A stretch of DNA of 64,000 nucleotides from an uncultured Vicinamibacteraceae bacterium (GTDB lineage: Bacteria > Acidobacteriota > Vicinamibacteria > Vicinamibacterales > UBA8438), in contig CAZPZZ010000005.1 of NCBI GenBank assembly GCA_964591245.1, positions 653 through 64,652 on the forward strand, given 5' to 3'. Numbering within the stretch: the stretch's first letter is position 1; each line of letters begins with the position of its first letter. Position numbers and translations under genes: made by a program. Below are positions 1-9,608 of the stretch, one piece after another. The notes below the pieces were generated by a model. It was not told the origin of the DNA. It searched no databases and was given only the letters and a program-made list of their open reading frames with translations.

Positions 1-159
1 ACTGCCTCGATCAACCGGTCATCTGCGCCGGCTTCGGCACTGGCGAGAAAAAGCCACGCGACGGCTCCCGTTGCCATCCATTGATTGCACAGCCGCATAT
101 GACCTCCTCTTCGCTTGGCTGTCCTCATGCCAAGACTGTCCTACGTCTTCGATGGGTGG

Positions 160-197
160 AAAAAACGAAGGGCCACCGCCCCGGGTGGCGGTGACCC
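160..197 (-). terminator. Rho-independent terminator downstream of the first DUF1552 gene
   Basis: On the minus strand the sequence reads GGGTCACCGCC-ACCCGG-GGCGGTGGCCC (10 of 11 bp stem), then TTCGTTTTTT. It lies about 25 nt after the stop at 220. Confidence 0.6.
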
Positions 198-219
198 TCG
201 GTGATCCAGATCCCACGTG

Positions 220-1578
220 CTACGAGAGGTTCGTGAGCTCGTGGATATCACCCTCGCTCGCGGCGAACCGTTCCACCGGTACACCCAGCTTCCGGAGCAT
301 CGTGTATTGCAGATCGGTTAGCTGTGTGCCCTTCGGGTACACGAGGTGGCGTCCACCTTTGAGCTCCCCTCCACCGCCACCGGCGACCACGATGGGCAGG
401 TTCTCGGTCGTGTGCCTGTTGGAGTTTCGCAAGGCACCGCCATAGAGGAGCATGACGTGGTCCAGCAGCGAGCCATCGCCGTCCGGTGTGGACTGCAGCT
501 TGACCAGGAAATCACTGAACAGCTGCATGTGATAGGCGTTGATCCGGGCCAGCTTCTCTATCTTCTCTGGGTTGTCCCGGTGGTGACTGAGAGGGTGGTG
601 TGGCTCGGTGACGCCGAGCTGCGGATACGTCACCCCGCTCTCCTCGCGGCCCATCATGAAGGTGATGACGCGGGTCATGTCGGTCTGATAGGCCAGGAGC
701 ATCAGGTCGAACATGAGTTCGGCGTGCTCTTCATACGATGTCGGAATTCCAGCCGGTGACGCGACCTCGGGCAACTCCCGGTCTGCCTGCTGTTCCGCCA
801 TTTGAATACGTCGCTCGATCTCGCGCACCGACTCGAGATACTCGTCCAGTTTCTGCCGGTCGTAGGGTGCCAGGCCCTTCTCAAGATGGGCGACCTTGCC
901 CATTACCGCGTCGAGGATACTTCGTTGTCGTCGGGCCAGGGCGACTCGGGCGTCAGTGCTCGTATTACCCAGGTCGCCGAACAACCGCTCGAAGACGATG
1001 CGCGGATTTGTCTCGCGCGGCATCGGCGTCGTCTCGTTAGCCCAGGAGTTGTTGAGATACGCACAGCTGAAGCCCCCATCGCAGGTGGACACACCGTACA
1101 CCGTGTCGCCGCCTTCTAGTGAAAGTTCCAACGAGGGCAGCGCGGCCTCGCGTCCGAGGCCTTCCGCGTTGGCGGCCACCTGATCCATGGAGATGCCCAG
1201 CTGCAGCTGGGCGCCAGTGGTGCGGAGCGGACGAGATCCAGTCAGCAGTGCCGAGGCCGCCTGCGAATGGGTCGTGCCTCGACCAGGTTCCGCGCCGACG
1301 CTGTCGAGATTCGTCATCACCAGTACGTGCTCCCGCACTGGTGCCAAAGCCTTCAGGCTCGGTGTCCATTCGAAGTCGGCGCCCGCCGTTTTCGGTGTCC
1401 AGTACTCCTCGGGAGCGCCGTTTGGCACGGTGACGACACCCAGGCGTTTCGTGACGGCCGCGGTCTTGGTGAGCGCCGTCAATGCCGGCACCATTCCGTC
1501 CAGCAGCGGGAGCGCTAACGCCGTGCCCACGCCACGTAGCATCGTTCGCCGCGGGATTGCCATTTTCTTCACGAACAT
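220..1578 (-). CDS. DUF1552 family protein, TAT-exported (copy 1)
   Basis: ATG at 1578. The N-terminus MFVKKMAIPRRTMLRGVGTALALPLLDGMVPA is a twin-arginine-type signal. Motifs EPHHPLSHHRDNPEK and LPIVVAGG are typical of DUF1552. The start overlaps the upstream stop (ATGA at 1577-1580). Confidence 0.85.
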   Translation of the reverse strand: MFVKKMAIPRRTMLRGVGTALALPLLDGMVPALTALTKTAAVTKRLGVVTVPNGAPEEYWTPKTAGADFEWTPSLKALAPVREHVLVMTNLDSVGAEPGRGTTHSQAASALLTGSRPLRTTGAQLQLGISMDQVAANAEGLGREAALPSLELSLEGGDTVYGVSTCDGGFSCAYLNNSWANETTPMPRETNPRIVFERLFGDLGNTSTDARVALARRQRSILDAVMGKVAHLEKGLAPYDRQKLDEYLESVREIERRIQMAEQQADRELPEVASPAGIPTSYEEHAELMFDLMLLAYQTDMTRVITFMMGREESGVTYPQLGVTEPHHPLSHHRDNPEKIEKLARINAYHMQLFSDFLVKLQSTPDGDGSLLDHVMLLYGGALRNSNRHTTENLPIVVAGGGGGELKGGRHLVYPKGTQLTDLQYTMLRKLGVPVERFAASEGDIHELTNLS

Positions 1579-4043
1579 CAGCCTATCCTCCTCGTCTGAA
1601 ATGGTTCGCTGTTCACGATCGCCAAGATGATGGCCGACCAGCGAGACTCCTGCGTAGCGGCTTCTCTCTGGATCTGTCGAACTGCCGGCATGTCGGCCGC
1701 TTCGAGCCGACGACCGGTGGCGTAGGTCAGCAGTCGTTCCGTAAACGTCCCGATGAACGCGTCGCGGCCCGCCAGGATTTGTCGCAGGCCCACTACTCCA
1801 TCGAACTCACTGCCGTCAGGGGTCACGCCCGAGGCATTGATCGCTGGTCCGAGCTCGCCCGCTATGCCGGTGTCCTCGGTAGTACGCCATCGGCCGGTTC
1901 CGTCGAAGTTTTCCAGGGCGAACCCCAAGGGATCCATCATGCTATGGCAGGAGGCGCAGACCGGATTGCTCCGATGTTGCTCCATGAGTTCGCGCACCGA
2001 CGCCGGTGGTTCGTCCCCTTGGCGGGTTCTCAGATCCGGCACGTCCGGTGGCGGCTCCGGTGGTGGTACGCCTAGCAGGTTTTCCAGCACCCATTTCCCA
2101 CGTGTGACCGGCGATGTCCGGTTGGCATAGGAGGTCAGTGTCAGAATGCTTGCCTGTCCCAGCAGGCCGGCCCGTCGATCGTCCGGTAGCGTCACCCTCC
2201 GGAAATGGTTGCCATACACGCTCGACATCCCGTAGTGCTCCGCGAGACGTTCATTGACGAACGTGTAATTCGCCGTGACCAGCTCGACGAGTGGGCGATC
2301 GTTGTGCAGTTGGGCTTCTAGAAACAGCTGTGTCTCGCGCCGCATCGCGTCGCGCAGGTTCTCGTCAAACTCGGGAAACACGGTCGGATCCGGCAACGCA
2401 GTCCGGAGCCGTCTGAGTCCCAGCCACTGGCCAGCAAAGCTCTCGGCCAGCGTGTGTCGCGCGCGCGGCTGCGCCAACATCCGGCGCACCTGTTGTTCCA
2501 GTACGTTCGGGTCTTCAAGTTCTCCCCGTGCCGCGACCTCGAGCAGCTCGTCGTCCGGGATACTTCCCCAGAGGAAGAACGAGAGCCGTGACGCGAGCTC
2601 GAGGTCAGTCACGCGATACGGGACCCCCGGCTGGATATCCATCGTCGGCGCGCGTTCCACCCGAAACACAAACTCAGGATCGGTCAGCAAGAATTCCAGC
2701 GCCGTCTGGATCCCCACTTCGAACCCACCGTCACGTCGACCCGCTTCGTGGAAGCTGAGCAGTGTTGTCACGTCTCTGGGCGTGACCGGGCGGCGATAGG
2801 CGCGCTGCGCCAGGGTGGAGAGGATCTCTGTGGCACACGCTGACTCGTCCGCACCATCGTTCGGATGGCAGGTGAATATTGCCTGCCGGCTCGTGGTGTG
2901 TTCTGGCGCCTGGCCTTCGAATGGCCCCCTGATGATCACCCGCGACACGGCCGGGTTCCCGTCCATGTGCTCGTCGATGCTGTATCCGAACGTCGCGGGT
3001 ATCTGGGGCGGTTGAAGCACGCCCTCATCCAGCGCTGGTCTCCGGACGAAGGCGACGCCCAGTTCCCGCATCCCAGCTTTCACTGGCAGGCGGACTCGCA
3101 ATGCCTCGTCCGCAACAACCGAGTACTGTCCCCACTCGGGGTATCCGCCGCTTCCCGAACCGCAGTAGCTGGCTGCGCATTTCGGACCTTCAAAGTCGCC
3201 ACCGACCATCAATGTTTCGACCAGCGCCTTGTCCACTCGCAGATCGAGCCGATGCGGCACATTACCGAGACCATGGATGTAGTTGTAGAAATTACGGCGC
3301 AGGTCGATCTTGAATTCGTATTCTCCGTCGAGCGGGAAGTAGTGACGCACGGAGAGACCGCCGCGTGATCCAAAGGGGAGGTCTTCGCTCGTGCGGTCGT
3401 CCTGGTTCTCCTGTTGTGGCACCGAATAGGTATGGGTCCGAGCCGATGCCGTGGGATCTCCGATTGCGAGCTGACTGATACGCCGCGCCGCGGTCAGATA
3501 GCGCTCCATGAGCGTGGTCGAGACCGACAACACCTCGGCGTTGTTATCGAAGCCTTCCGCGTCCGCGTCGTCCGGCGGCAAGAGTGCCTCGACGTCTAGC
3601 TCAAGACCAATGAGGTCGCGCACGGCGTTCCCGTACTCAAGCCGGTTGAGTCGATGTGCGGTCATTGGACGCCCGCGGGGAGTACTGGTGGCTGCCGCGC
3701 GGTCCAGTTCCGTCTCCAGCCAGGTGATCCAGCTCGCGCGAGCCGTGGCGTCGGGTCGTCGCGCCGAGGCGGGTGGCATCATCCCGGTCCGCACGCGGCG
3801 CACCACCTCTTCCCACAACTCAGCGTGGGCGCCAACATCGCTCAGGTCGAGGCCCTGTAGCGACATGGGAACTGCTCCGCGTTCGTATCCTCGGTCGCTA
3901 TGGCAGGTAACGCAGTATTGAGTGACAAAGGCGTGTGGCGAGGGGGCGCCAGACACTGCTTGGGCCTGGCCCATCTGAGGTGAAAGGCCGCCAAGTAAAG
4001 CCGCGATCCCCACTCTACTCGCCACCTTGAAGAAGCACGGCAT
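1578..4043 (-). CDS. DUF1592/DUF1595/DUF1587/DUF1588/DUF1585-type multidomain protein with N-terminal heme-c motif (copy 1)
   Basis: Has a signal peptide. YCVTCHSD (CxxCH) is followed by RTGMMPP, and the C-terminus carries NPVCASCHSMMDPLGFALENFD (DUF1585-like). A GGGAGG RBS precedes in-frame starts at 4052 (GTG), 4049 and 4043 (ATG). I chose 4043 on spacing. Confidence 0.85.
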   Translation of the reverse strand: MPCFFKVASRVGIAALLGGLSPQMGQAQAVSGAPSPHAFVTQYCVTCHSDRGYERGAVPMSLQGLDLSDVGAHAELWEEVVRRVRTGMMPPASARRPDATARASWITWLETELDRAAATSTPRGRPMTAHRLNRLEYGNAVRDLIGLELDVEALLPPDDADAEGFDNNAEVLSVSTTLMERYLTAARRISQLAIGDPTASARTHTYSVPQQENQDDRTSEDLPFGSRGGLSVRHYFPLDGEYEFKIDLRRNFYNYIHGLGNVPHRLDLRVDKALVETLMVGGDFEGPKCAASYCGSGSGGYPEWGQYSVVADEALRVRLPVKAGMRELGVAFVRRPALDEGVLQPPQIPATFGYSIDEHMDGNPAVSRVIIRGPFEGQAPEHTTSRQAIFTCHPNDGADESACATEILSTLAQRAYRRPVTPRDVTTLLSFHEAGRRDGGFEVGIQTALEFLLTDPEFVFRVERAPTMDIQPGVPYRVTDLELASRLSFFLWGSIPDDELLEVAARGELEDPNVLEQQVRRMLAQPRARHTLAESFAGQWLGLRRLRTALPDPTVFPEFDENLRDAMRRETQLFLEAQLHNDRPLVELVTANYTFVNERLAEHYGMSSVYGNHFRRVTLPDDRRAGLLGQASILTLTSYANRTSPVTRGKWVLENLLGVPPPEPPPDVPDLRTRQGDEPPASVRELMEQHRSNPVCASCHSMMDPLGFALENFDGTGRWRTTEDTGIAGELGPAINASGVTPDGSEFDGVVGLRQILAGRDAFIGTFTERLLTYATGRRLEAADMPAVRQIQREAATQESRWSAIILAIVNSEPFQTRRIG

Positions 4044-4555
4044 GGTCATCACCCTCCCATCAGCCAGAGGAACTAAACGAGGCGCAGCGCGAGAAGCCCG
4101 TCGGCGATAGAAACCTGACCTACTACTGCATTATCTAATATTACAGATTTTCAAATTCTACTCGGCCACGCTAGTCGCGTCAACGTGATGAATTTCCCGG
4201 AAAATCGAAAATTTTCCCAAAACCCACACTGGTCTTCGGGGCGGGCGCTGATTATTGGTCCGGCGGGGCTGACACTCGTGAGCAGCGAGACGACGTTAGG
4301 CTTGTTTCCGGGCGACTGGGAGGCCAGTCGACTTGCGGCAACTGCGTGTCGTCGAGTGCGATGGTGCCGATCCAGGAGTGTCAGCGTTAGCACGTGCGAC
4401 AGCGCGAATGTTTGAGGCCACGGGGCGCTCCTCTTCTGATTGCTGGCGATATACCGGGTCCCCGGAACTCGACCGGCGAGGAAGACCGCCGTGTGGCGGT
4501 GTTCCCAGTGCCGGTGATGCTGGCACTCGCTCTCGATTTTCGTTGGAGCTTGTCG

Positions 4556-5320
4556 CTACAAGACCATTCGAACAAGGAAGAAGAGGATCGATGGAGCCAG
4601 TAGGCAGCCGACCCCTGTGTAGAACGTTGCCGTCATGGCGCCATACGGCACCAGCTTTGCGTCGGTGGCCGCTAATCCGCCGGCGACGCCACTGGTGGTG
4701 CCCATGAGGCCCCCGTAGATCAGCGCAGCGTGCGGAGTGTTGAGGCCGATGCGTGGCGCGACGAACGGTGTTCCGATCATGACGAGCACCGATTTTGTGA
4801 GTCCGGCAGCGACACTCAGGGCGATAACGTCGCTGCTCGCTCCCAGAGCGGTGCCAGTCACTGGGCCGACGATATAGGTCGCCGCGCCCGCGCCGATGGT
4901 GGTGATGGCGATGGGGTCCGTGTAGCCGAAGGCCATGGCGACGATGCCGCCGATCGCAAAGGAGAGGATGACCCCGACGACGATCGAAATGGCACCCACG
5001 GTGCCGGCGCGTTTCAGGGCGCTGACGTCGGCGCCGAATGCGGTGGCGACGATGGCAAAATCACGAAACATCGCACCACCCATGAGCCCGATCCCGCTGA
5101 GCAGCGGAACATCGGAGAGCCCTCGACTTCCACCGGCTGTCACGCCACCGATCCACGCCAGGACGAGACCGAGCGCGATTGCGATGGCGGAACCATGCAC
5201 GTGTCCGCGGGTTAGCTTGTCGGAGATCACGTACGAAAACCACACGAGTGCGCCGACCAGCGTGAACGCGGTGATTAGTTCGTTGGCGGCCAGCACGCGT
5301 TGTAGCGATTCAAGAATCAT
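4556..5320 (-). CDS. madM: Malonate transporter subunit MadM
   Basis: From the internal ATG at 5320 the product begins MILESLQRVLAANELITAFTLVGALVWFSYVISDKLTRGHVHGSAIAIALGLVLAWIGG... It is a ~254-aa polytopic protein of MadM family length and sequence style. The longer ORF-track N-terminus is Pro/Ser/Arg-rich junk that overlaps madL. Confidence 0.8.
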   Translation of the reverse strand: MILESLQRVLAANELITAFTLVGALVWFSYVISDKLTRGHVHGSAIAIALGLVLAWIGGVTAGGSRGLSDVPLLSGIGLMGGAMFRDFAIVATAFGADVSALKRAGTVGAISIVVGVILSFAIGGIVAMAFGYTDPIAITTIGAGAATYIVGPVTGTALGASSDVIALSVAAGLTKSVLVMIGTPFVAPRIGLNTPHAALIYGGLMGTTSGVAGGLAATDAKLVPYGAMTATFYTGVGCLLAPSILFFLVRMVL

Positions 5321-5681
5321 CTGGTCCACCTTGTCCGATGCGCGCGAGCAGTGGGAGCATGGCGAAGCTGGCCGCGACCGCTGCCACGCCGGCGATGATC
5401 GCCATCCATCCGCCGGAGAGGGCGGAAACAACGTCCTGTCTCGCCGCCATCGCGACCACGATGGGGATGTACATGGCACTCCAGAAGTTAAGGCCTTTCT
5501 CGGTGACGGGGCCGAGTGCGAGGCCGCGAGAACCAAGGTTCGACAGGATAAGTAGCAGAAGCATGGCAATGCCCACGCCGCCGACGTTGGCTTGCACTCC
5601 CAGGATTTCTCCCAGAACGTCGCCGACCCACACGCCGATCAGCATGCAGAATGACAGCAGTGCGACACCGTAGATAACCAC
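5310..5681 (-). CDS. madL: Malonate transporter subunit MadL
   Basis: A GTG at 5681 is preceded by GGGAG. The product VVIYGVALLSFCMLIGVWVGDVLGEILGVQANVGGVGIAMLLLLIL... is ~123 aa, 4-TM and MadL-like. It overlaps the madM start by 11 nt. Confidence 0.75.
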   Translation of the reverse strand: MVIYGVALLSFCMLIGVWVGDVLGEILGVQANVGGVGIAMLLLLILSNLGSRGLALGPVTEKGLNFWSAMYIPIVVAMAARQDVVSALSGGWMAIIAGVAAVAASFAMLPLLARIGQGGPDDS

Positions 5682-5804
5682 GTGTGTTCTCCCTTCGGCC
5701 CGCCAGTGGGCCCGTTGGACCGATGTACGATAGCCGTCACGGGGGCCCTTTTTCAATTCGCGATAGAGCCACTATCCGTGAAGGCCCCGTTATACTGCTC
5801 GCCC

Positions 5805-7082
5805 ATGGATCCCGCTACCCTCTCTCTTGGCGCGTTGCTGGTCGCCATTCTCGTCAGCTGCACTGTTCGGCTCCACGTTGGTTTCCTGGCCATTGCTCTC
5901 GCGTGGATCGTAGGCGTGTACATCGGCGATATGAGCGCGCGGGACGTGATGAGTGGTTTTCCCTCGCGCCTTTTTCTGACGTTGGCGGGGGTGACCCTAC
6001 TCTTCTCGCAGGCACAGGCCAACGGCACCCTCGACCTGTTGGCGCACAAGGCCGTCAACCTGTGTAGAGGTAACGTCGGCGTCATGCCGGTGATGTTCTT
6101 CGTGCTCTCGTTGTCGCTCTCGTCGATCGGGCCCGGCAGTATTGCCGCCACCGCATTGATGGCGCCAATGGGCATGGCGGTTGCGGGGCAGGTCGGCATT
6201 CCGGCGTTTCTGATGGCGATCATGATTGGAAACGGGGCCAACGCGGGTGCACTCTCTCCGATTGCGACCGCCGGCATCATCGTGAATGGGGTGATGGATG
6301 ATATCGGCTTGGGGGGATACGCATTCCTGACCTACGTGAGCAACCTGATTGCGCATACAGTGGTGGTGTTGAGTGCGTATTTCTTGCTTGGTGGCTGGCG
6401 GCTATTGCGTCGACGTCACGAGGGCGAGTTGGTGGTGTCAACCGAGGACCGTGGTGCGTCGATCCCCGGTGCGCTCGAGCGAAAACACTGGTTGACCATA
6501 GGCGTTATCGGGACACTCCTCGCCGGCGTCATCTTCTTCAATATCGATGTTGGTCTCGGTGCATTTGCCTGTGCCATCGTGTTGTCGCTCCTGAAGGCGG
6601 GCGATGAGTCAGAAGCCATCAATTTGATGCCGTGGCGCGTCATCATGATGGTGTGTGGCATGACCGTGTTGATCTCCGTCCTCGACGCGACAGGGGGACT
6701 TGCGCTGTTCACACAGCTCCTTGCCGATATCTCCACACCCACGAGCGTGACTGCCATCATGGCATTCACTACGGGCTTCATCTCGATCTACAGCAGCACG
6801 TCCGGGGTTGTCCTGCCAGCATTTCTGCCGACCGTGCCGGACCTTGCGCAACAGCTCGGCGGGGTTGAGCCATTTGCGATTGCTGCGTCCATGAACATTG
6901 GTGCACACCTTGTTGATGTTTCGGCGCTCTCGACTCTGGGGGCCCTCTGTATGGCGGCAGCACCCAAGCACGAGGATAGTCGCCGATTGTTCAATCGCCT
7001 GATGATTTGGGGACTTTCCATGACGCTGGTTGGTGCTGGCACCTGCTGGGTGTTGTTCACCGTGCTCGAAGTTGGGATATAG
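5805..7082 (+). CDS. MatC-like dicarboxylate (malonate) carrier / ion-transporter superfamily permease
   Basis: From the ATG at 5805 the product begins MDPATLSLGALLVAILV... The stretch FPSRLFLTLAGVTLLFSQAQANGTLDLLAHKAVNLCRGNVGVMPVMFF resembles the MatC N-terminal domain. The protein is polytopic. It has no obvious SD, and TATACT at 5791-5796 suggests a near-leaderless mRNA. Confidence 0.6.
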   Translation: MDPATLSLGALLVAILVSCTVRLHVGFLAIALAWIVGVYIGDMSARDVMSGFPSRLFLTLAGVTLLFSQAQANGTLDLLAHKAVNLCRGNVGVMPVMFFVLSLSLSSIGPGSIAATALMAPMGMAVAGQVGIPAFLMAIMIGNGANAGALSPIATAGIIVNGVMDDIGLGGYAFLTYVSNLIAHTVVVLSAYFLLGGWRLLRRRHEGELVVSTEDRGASIPGALERKHWLTIGVIGTLLAGVIFFNIDVGLGAFACAIVLSLLKAGDESEAINLMPWRVIMMVCGMTVLISVLDATGGLALFTQLLADISTPTSVTAIMAFTTGFISIYSSTSGVVLPAFLPTVPDLAQQLGGVEPFAIAASMNIGAHLVDVSALSTLGALCMAAAPKHEDSRRLFNRLMIWGLSMTLVGAGTCWVLFTVLEVGI

Positions 7083-7143
7083 CGGTCGCTGGAGTTACCA
7101 GGCCAAATCATTAACGAACAGCTGTTTACGGTAGCCTGAAAGC

Positions 7144-7188
7144 TTGACGGAAACGCCATTTCGCACTAGAGTGCATTCGTTCACGAAT
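7144..7188 (+). promoter_or_regulatory. Candidate sigma70 promoter plus palindromic operator upstream of the second DUF1592 gene
   Basis: TTGACG (7144-7149), a 17-nt spacer, then TAGAGT (7167-7172). The palindrome ATTCGT-tc-ACGAAT (7175-7188) overlaps the predicted transcription start. GCACT-ag-AGTGC lies at 7163-7174. Confidence 0.35.
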
Positions 7189-7217
7189 AGGGACTTTTAT
7201 TTGAGGCACGTGTCGCA

Positions 7218-9608
7218 ATGCCGAACTTGAGACACCGGTTGAACCGTGCGGTCTTGCCAATCACCACATCTGCGATGGGTGCGGCAATTCTTTTCGTTTT
7301 TAGCACTCCAGTTACTTCCTCGGCCCAGGCGTCTGGACAGGACGCGCGTGCGCTTCTCGACCGGTACTGTGTCACCTGCCATAGCGATCGGCTAGAGACT
7401 GCCGGGCTCTCGCTAGAGCAGATCGACGTGAGCCATGTGGGGGAAGGCGCGGAGGTATGGGAGAAGGTGGTGCGGAAGCTTCGCACCGGCACCATGCCAC
7501 CGCCGACGAGGCCGCAGCCGTCCGCCGAGGATCGTACGGGGCTGGTGTCCTGGCTTGAAACGTCGCTCGACCAGACCGCGAGCGCGGCGCCCAATCCCGG
7601 TCGTACAGAAACGCTGCGCCGCCTGAACCGGACGGAGTATCAGAATGCCATTCGCGATCTGCTGGCGCTGGATGTCGATGCTCAGGCGCTGTTGCCTCCG
7701 GATGAGAGTGGGTATGGCTTCGACAATGTCAATGTCGGGGATCTGTCTCCGGCATTGCTAGACCGATATATTTCTGCAGCTCAGAAAATCAGTCGGTTGT
7801 CCGTGGGAACCACCCAGAGCACTGTGCAGAGTGAAGTGATTCGGGTTCCTCCCGATACGACGCAGGAGGAGCATGTCATTGGCCTGCCGTTGGGTACGCG
7901 GGGCGGGCTTACCGTACCGTACACATTTTCCCAGGACGGGGAGTACGAGATCCGACTTCATCTGGTGCGCCACCGTGCCCAGCTCGTCGGTTTACGCGAC
8001 GGTGCCGAGCATATGGCACAAATACTTCTCGATAAGATGCCGGTGGCCGATTTTACGGTGCAACGGATTGAAGGAGAGGACCCCACCGACAATCATCTGT
8101 TTGCCCGGGTAGCGGTGACCGCTGGTCCCCACGAAGTGGGCGCGACGTTTCTGAAGAATGCGTCGTCACTTATTGAGAGCGAGCGCCAACCCTTGCTGGC
8201 GCATTTCAATCAGACGCGTCATCCGCGACTGACACCGGCTATTTTCCAGCTGACGATTACGGGACCTTACGAGCCGCAAGGCGCGGACAACACGCCGAGC
8301 CGGCGTCGGCTCTTCGTATGCCATCCAGAGCGCGATGGAGGGACTCCCAGCATGGAGGCCGAGACCACCTGCGCGACTGAGATTCTGTCGAACCTCATGC
8401 GCCGGGCGTACCGCCGTCCGGTGACGGATGCGGATCTGGTTCGTCCGATGGCGTTCTATGAGGAGGCCCGGGCGGAGGCTGGTTTTGAAGCGGGTATTGG
8501 TCGCGCGTTGACCGCCGTGTTGATCAATCCAGCGTTCCTCTTCCGGGTCGAAAGTGATCCGGAAGGCCTTGCTCCAGGTTCACCCTATCGGATCAGCGAT
8601 CTGGAGCTGGCGTCTCGGTTGTCATTCTTTCTCTGGAGCAGTATCCCTGACGACGAGCTGCTTGACGTCGCCGTTCGTGGCGAACTGAGCCAGCCGGGGG
8701 AGCTCGAGCGGCAGGCGCGACGCATGCTCGCCGATTCGAGGTCAGTCAATTTGGCCAGTAACTTTGCGGGGCAATGGTTACTGCTACGTAATCTTTCTGC
8801 GTTTGAGCCAAATCCTCGTGTTTATCCTGATTTCGACGACAATCTTCGCCAGGCTTTCCGGCAGGAGACGGAACTCTTCTTCCAAAGCGTGCTCCGCGAA
8901 GACCGAAGTGTGCTTGAACTGCTGGACGCCGATTACACGTTTTTGAATGAGCGGCTTGCCAAGCATTACGGGATTCCTGGCATCTACGGCAGCCGATTCC
9001 GGCGCGTGGCGCTTGGAGAGGACAGCCAGCGAGGTGGCCTGCTCCGTCATGGGAGCGTCTTGTCTGTGACATCCTATGCGACGCGGACCTCACCGGTTAT
9101 TCGTGGAAAGTGGGTACTTGACAATATCTACGGAGCCCCTCCCCCGCCGCCTCCGGCCAACGTGCCCGTGTTGGAGGAAACCACGGTTGCGGCGAATCTT
9201 CCGATGCGTGAGCGGCTGAGTCAGCATCGCAGCAATCCGGCCTGTGCAAGCTGCCACAATGTTATTGACCCGGTGGGTTTTGCGCTGGAGAACTATGATG
9301 CCGTGGGGCGATGGCGGGATCATGGTGGCGATATCGGTCGGATGGATACGTCTGGTGGGCTTCCGGGAGTCGGTGTGTTCAACGGAATCAGCGGGTTGGA
9401 GGCTGGGTTGTTGAGTCGCCCAGAGCAGTTTGCCGGTCGAGTGACCGAAAAGTTGTTGACGTTCGCCCTTGGACGGGGCACCGATTACTATGACGCACCA
9501 GCCGTACGCTCGGTGTTGCGTAAGGCCGCGCCAGACGGCTACCGCTTTTCGTCGCTTATTATTGAAATCGTTAAAAGCGTTCCGTTTCAGATGAGGAACT
9601 CCATATGA
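7218..9608 (+). CDS. DUF1592/DUF1595/DUF1587/DUF1588/DUF1585-type multidomain protein with heme-c motif (copy 2)
   Basis: ATG at 7218 and a signal peptide. YCVTCHSDR, RTGTMPP and NPACASCHNVIDPVGFALENYD are collinear with copy 1 along the whole length. Confidence 0.85.
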   Translation: MPNLRHRLNRAVLPITTSAMGAAILFVFSTPVTSSAQASGQDARALLDRYCVTCHSDRLETAGLSLEQIDVSHVGEGAEVWEKVVRKLRTGTMPPPTRPQPSAEDRTGLVSWLETSLDQTASAAPNPGRTETLRRLNRTEYQNAIRDLLALDVDAQALLPPDESGYGFDNVNVGDLSPALLDRYISAAQKISRLSVGTTQSTVQSEVIRVPPDTTQEEHVIGLPLGTRGGLTVPYTFSQDGEYEIRLHLVRHRAQLVGLRDGAEHMAQILLDKMPVADFTVQRIEGEDPTDNHLFARVAVTAGPHEVGATFLKNASSLIESERQPLLAHFNQTRHPRLTPAIFQLTITGPYEPQGADNTPSRRRLFVCHPERDGGTPSMEAETTCATEILSNLMRRAYRRPVTDADLVRPMAFYEEARAEAGFEAGIGRALTAVLINPAFLFRVESDPEGLAPGSPYRISDLELASRLSFFLWSSIPDDELLDVAVRGELSQPGELERQARRMLADSRSVNLASNFAGQWLLLRNLSAFEPNPRVYPDFDDNLRQAFRQETELFFQSVLREDRSVLELLDADYTFLNERLAKHYGIPGIYGSRFRRVALGEDSQRGGLLRHGSVLSVTSYATRTSPVIRGKWVLDNIYGAPPPPPPANVPVLEETTVAANLPMRERLSQHRSNPACASCHNVIDPVGFALENYDAVGRWRDHGGDIGRMDTSGGLPGVGVFNGISGLEAGLLSRPEQFAGRVTEKLLTFALGRGTDYYDAPAVRSVLRKAAPDGYRFSSLIIEIVKSVPFQMRNSI

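Noticed and set aside
1-219. ORFs at 19..216 (minus) and 71..445 (plus) at the left edge
   Set aside because: Both have low-complexity translations. The region contains the terminator of the DUF1552 gene, and 71..445 is antisense to that gene.
4151-4526. Several 60-125-aa ORFs in the 500-bp gap between madM and DUF1592 copy 1
   Set aside because: They overlap one another in different frames and have Arg/Ser/Pro-rich, non-protein-like translations with no RBS. I treat the region as non-coding (promoter and 3' UTR).
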